DNA of 64,000 nt. Source: Dictyostelium discoideum (lineage: Eukaryota). The stretch is from the NCBI GenBank assembly GCA_000004695.1, contig CM000153.2:2880001-2944000 (forward strand), given 5' to 3'. Below are positions 56,638 to 64,000 of the stretch, piece after piece. The notes below the pieces were generated by a model. That model searched no databases. It saw only the letters and a list, made by a program, of their open reading frames with translations, and had not been told where the DNA came from. The position numbers and the translations under genes were made by a program. How positions within the stretch are numbered: position 1 is the stretch's first letter; the number at the start of each line of letters is the position of its first letter.

Positions 56638-57305
56638 TTTTTTTAATTAATTTAATGAAAAAAAAAATGAATTTAAAATTCTTTAACCAATAAACCAGAT
56701 TTTATTCTTTTAAGGCAATAAAAATTTAATTATTTTTTTAAATGGTTCCTGATTAATACATATTAAAAAAAAAAAAAAAAAAAAAAAAATTATAATTATT
56801 ATATCATATAAATAATTTTTTTTTTTTTTTTTTTTTTTAATTTAAATAATTTCAATTATCATGATATTTAATTTTAAATTTTTTTTTTTTATTATTTTAT
56901 TTTTTTACTTCCATTAATTTTAATTTCAACAAAACAAAGCAAAACCAAAAATAGACGAAAAGAAATCACACAAATTTGTGTTTATAAAAAAAAAAAATAA
57001 AAAAAAAAAAATCTTTTTTATTTTTATTTTTTATTTTTTAATTTTTTTTAAAAAAAAATTTTAAATTTTTCAGACGAGCATTTTTGACTCATCTATTTTT
57101 TTTTTATTTTTTTTAAAATTTAATTTTTTTTTTTTTTTCCCTTTTCTTTTTTTTTTCTTTTATTAATTATTTATTGTGTTTCATTGTTTATAACAATACC
57201 AATATAAAATTTAAATAATAATAATAATAATAGTAATATAAATAAAATTAAAATAGAGAATAAGATTAGACTGTAAAATAAAACAATAAAAAAAAAGAAG
57301 AAATC

Positions 57306-58234
57306 ATGGGTAAAAGTAATACGATAGTATTATCCAATGAAAAGGATATACAATTAAGAATTCAACAATTAGAAGAAAGAAAAGAGAAAAGAAAGAATGT
57401 TAAACTTTTATTTAGTCCAATTAAAACAACAAAATACTTTTTATATATTTTAAAAGATACCCTTGTCAGTGGAATTCGATATTTTCAAACTAGACCATTC
57501 TTATTATTCTTTATTGCATTATTTGCATCATTAACTTTTATTGCAGTTTATGTACCAGGTGAACATCAAAAGGTAAATAAATAACAACAATAATAATAAT
57601 AATAATAGTAATGCTATATATATATGTATATTAAAATTTTAATATATTATTTTTTTTATTTTTTTTATCAAAAGTATATGGGTAAATATTCAGATTTAAT
57701 TTCAGATTGTATTTGGTGGGTTGGGTTAGGTGTATTATCATCAATTGGATTAGGAACAGGATTACATACATTTGTATTATATTTAGGACCACATATTGCC
57801 AAGGTAACATTGGCAGCAACCGAGTGGAATAGCGTAAATTTCAATGTTTATGGTGCCAATAGTTTTATTCAACCAGCAACAGCAATGATTGGTGGTGTTT
57901 CATTTTGGATGATTTTACAAAAAGTGCAATGGGCAGCACTATTTTGGGGTGCAGGTACAGCCATTGGTGAATTACCTCCATACTTTGTCGCTCGTACTGC
58001 AAGATTAAAAGGTTTGAAATTAGAACAAGAAAAGAAACTAAAAGAACAACAAGAAAAACCAATCGATGAAAAAGATCAACCAAAGAAAGGTCTTTTAGAA
58101 AGATTATCTGAAAAAGTTCCAGCTTTAATTGGTAATCTTGGTTTCTTTGGTATTTTAGCTTTTGCTTCTGTATGTTTTTTTTACTTTTTTTTTTTTTTTT
58201 CATCACCAATCATCCATTTTATATTAATATTAAT

Positions 58235-58270
<36 letters not shown>

Positions 58271-58857
58271 TATTGTTTTTATTTATTTAGATACCAAATC
58301 CATTATTTGATTTAGCAGGTATTACATGTGGTCACTTTTTAGTACCATTTTGGAAATTCTTTGGTGCAACATTCATTGGTAAAGCAGTTGTTAAAGCACA
58401 TATTCAAGCATGTTTTGTAATTTTAGCTTTTAATATGGAAACACTTACAATGGTTATTTCTTTTATTGAAGATAAAATTCCATTCCTTAAAAATAAAATT
58501 CAACCAATTTTAGAAAAAGAAAGACAAAAATTAAATTCAACTGTATCAGCAAATTCACCAGTAAGTTATTTTTTATTTTTTTATTTTTTTTTTTTGATCA
58601 CTTTAAAATCTAAAAAATATCTACAAATACTAATATATTAATTTTTTTTTTTTTTTTTTTTTTAAAAAAAAATATAGAAAAGTTTAGTAGGACTTGCTTG
58701 GGATTGTGTTTTATTTTTAATGATTTCTTATTTCTTAATGTCAATTGTTGACTCAAGTGTTCAAGAATATCTTATCGAAAAAGATAATAAAAAGATTGAA
58801 TTATTGAAATCAAAACTCGAAAAACAACAACCAAAAGAAACTAAAAAAACAAAATAA
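57306..58857 (+). CDS. vmp1: VMP1 (vacuole membrane protein 1, DedA/TMEM41 family). join(57306..57572,57675..58169,58291..58560,58678..58857), 403 aa.
   Basis: WGAGTAIGELPPYFVARTARLKG is the VMP1/DedA core. Multiple TM helices. Introns GTAAAT/GTATGT/GTAAGT..AG with all phases 0 and frames verified. Confidence 0.85.
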
Positions 58858-58886
58858 AGATTTTAAATAAATTATCATTCTTTTTA

Positions 58887-58925
<39 letters not shown>

Positions 58926-58980
58926 AATTTTAAATATCTATTTTTATTTTTTTACTTTTTTTTTTTATTACTATTTTTAC

Positions 58981-59013
<33 letters not shown>

Positions 59014-59039
59014 ATTATTATTTTTATATTACAAAAAAT

Positions 59040-60437
<1,398 letters not shown>

Positions 60438-60746
60438 GATTGCTTTTCTTGATTTTATTAATTTTTTTTTTTAAATTTATGATTATTTTAATTTGATTTT
60501 TGATTGATGATGGATTAATAATTTTTTTTTTTTTTTTTTCTTTTTTTATTTAAGAGATTGATTAAATCAAATATTTGAGTGAATGAATATATGAATTAAA
60601 ACAAAGAAATAATTATTTTTTTTATAATTTTTATTTTTTTTTTTTGTGTGTTGTATGTTTTTTTTTTTATTTTTTTTTAATATTTTTTTTTTGTTTTTTT
60701 TTATTTTTTTATTTTTATAAAAATTAAAAATTTAATTAAAAAAAAA

Positions 60747-60789
<43 letters not shown>

Positions 60790-61520
60790 CCCAAATTCAT
60801 CGAATTTCGAAAATAAAAAAATAAAATTACTCCATTTGAAATAGATATGATCTCAGATAATAAAATAAATATTTTTCATAGGTAAAAATAAAATTTAATC
60901 AAAAAATTTCCACAAAAATAAAATACCAAACTAAATAGAAATTTTAGAATAAAAATAGAAATATTTAATTTGTTTGTAATAAATAAAAATAATCCCTATT
61001 TAAAATTTTTTTATTTTTTTTTTTATTTTTTTAATTTACCCAGCTATTGTTTTTTTTATTTTTGGTATTTAAAAGATATAACCATTTTTTTTTTTTTTTA
61101 ATTTTTTTTATTTATTTAAATAGGAAAGTATATTTAATTTATTTGTATATTATCAATTTTAAAATTTTAAATATTTTCAAATAATATTGTAAAAAGAATT
61201 TTTTTACATGTAAAAGTAAATGAAAAATAAAAAAAATTAATCAATAATTTTTTTTTTTTTGATAACATTAACAAAATTTTGTATACCATTTACCAGATCA
61301 GTTATCTACATTAAAAAAGAAGGGGTGTTTAAAAATACAATCAGTTTTATTAATAGAAAAAAAATAGATATTTGGTGGGTAAATTATTAGAAAATATGGG
61401 TTTTTCAAATTTTTTTTTTTTTTTATTTTTAATTTTTTTTTTTTTTCCATTTTTTTTTTTTAAAAATTATTTTTAAACCTTTTTTTTTTCACTTTTATTT
61501 ATATAATTATTTATTAAAAA

Positions 61521-61856
61521 ATGAAAAAAGTACAAACTGAAAAGTGTGATCAATGTAGCACAACTGTTTATTTTGCCGAGCGTGCAACTACTGATGGTAA
61601 TGAATAAAATCCAGATATTTATGTTAACATTTTTAATTAATTCTAACTAAATCAATTATTTAATAATAGGCAAAATTTTCCATACAAAATGCTTAGGTTT
61701 ATATTTAAAAACTAAAAAAGTTCCATTACTTGGAAGATATCCAGGGTAAGTCATCAATATTAATAATCTCACCACATCTCAAAAAAATAAAAATAAACAA
61801 TCAAGGTTATAACTTTCAGAACTTTTATTTTCATCCAAAAATTAAAAAAACAAAAA

Positions 61857-61898
<42 letters not shown>

Positions 61899-61979
61899 TT
61901 ACTGACACTTTCATACTTTCCTATTTTTTAAATCAGTGACGAAGATAGAATTGCATGTCAATTGACACCAAAAAATTAA
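61521..61979 (+). CDS. Small CRIP-like (half-LIM) zinc-finger protein, tentative 3-exon model: join(61521..61596,61670..61745,61937..61979), 64 aa.
   Basis: CDQCSTTVYFAERATTDGKIFHTKC closely parallels the CRIP1 first zinc knuckle ([25 protein letters not shown]). The second knuckle cysteines are absent in my model, so the splicing may be wrong. Confidence 0.3.
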
Positions 61980-62481
61980 TTGTAATATAAAAAAAAAAAA
62001 AACAAAAAAAAAACAAAAAAAAATTTTAAATAAAAATACTTTATTACTTTATTTATTTATTTTTTAAATTTAATTTATTACATCAAAATTTTATTTTATT
62101 TTATTTATTTTTATTTTTTATTTTTTATTTTTTATTTTTTTTTGGTAAAATTAAGAGATATAAAAATTAATTTAATAACTTTGGTTTTTTTTTTTTTTTT
62201 TACCAATAGAGTTCCTAAAAAAAATTGATAAAAAAAAAAAAAAGTTTGGAAATTGTTGTCAACCTAAAAAAAAAAAACTTTTTTTAACTCAAAAAAACAA
62301 AAATATTTTGGTCATTTGTCCCTTGTGTTTGTTACAAAAAAAGTATGAGAAAATTCTCTTAATGTTTTTTGTTTTTACCATTTTTTTTTTTCCTTATTTT
62401 ATAAAAAAAAAAAAAAAAGTTTTTAAATAAAAATCTTTTAAAACAAACAAAATAAAATAAATAATAATAACAAATCAATAC

Positions 62482-64000
<1,519 letters not shown>

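Overview
This window is Dictyostelium-type amoebozoan nuclear DNA. It is extremely AT-rich, with (AAT/ATT)n microsatellites that encode poly-Asn/poly-Gln inside genes, short GT..AG introns of roughly 85–300 bp with GTAAGT/GTATGT donors, and long A/T homopolymers between genes. I found no prokaryotic operons, CRISPR arrays or rRNA.

About 30 protein-coding genes are supported. Most are housekeeping genes that I could model exon by exon from frame continuity across GT..AG introns:
- PA28 proteasome activator
- a metallophosphoesterase
- a RING-TRAF-MATH protein
- Derlin
- STT3 (OST catalytic subunit)
- MOCS2A/MoaD
- MOCS1 (MoaA, then MoaC)
- a GATA factor
- an OSBP
- a PhyH-like oxygenase
- a bacterial-type anhydro-N-acetylmuramic acid kinase (AnmK)
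- a SNF2/Brahma ATPase
- VMP1
- an F-box/LRR protein
- the 5' end of an ABCC transporter

The most interesting structures:
1. Four U3 snoRNA genes, each preceded by a DUSE promoter element (TCCCATAA). Three sit in a ~4.6 kb tandemly duplicated cassette of [U3 - LRAT/NlpC-P60-like gene - ~900-aa lineage-specific protein]. One LRAT copy is decaying into a pseudogene.
2. A local cluster of molybdenum-cofactor genes: MoaD, then MoaA, then MoaC. MoaA ends in Gly-Gly-stop and MoaC has no ATG of its own, which mirrors the metazoan MOCS1A/MOCS1B splice-fusion arrangement.
3. An intronless bacterial-like AnmK gene, a candidate horizontal transfer.
4. GC-rich, ORF-free islands that look like undescribed ncRNA genes or small repeats, at 32.7 kb and duplicated at 34.8/35.4 kb.

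My coordinates are read off the printed sequence and may be off by 1–2 nt.
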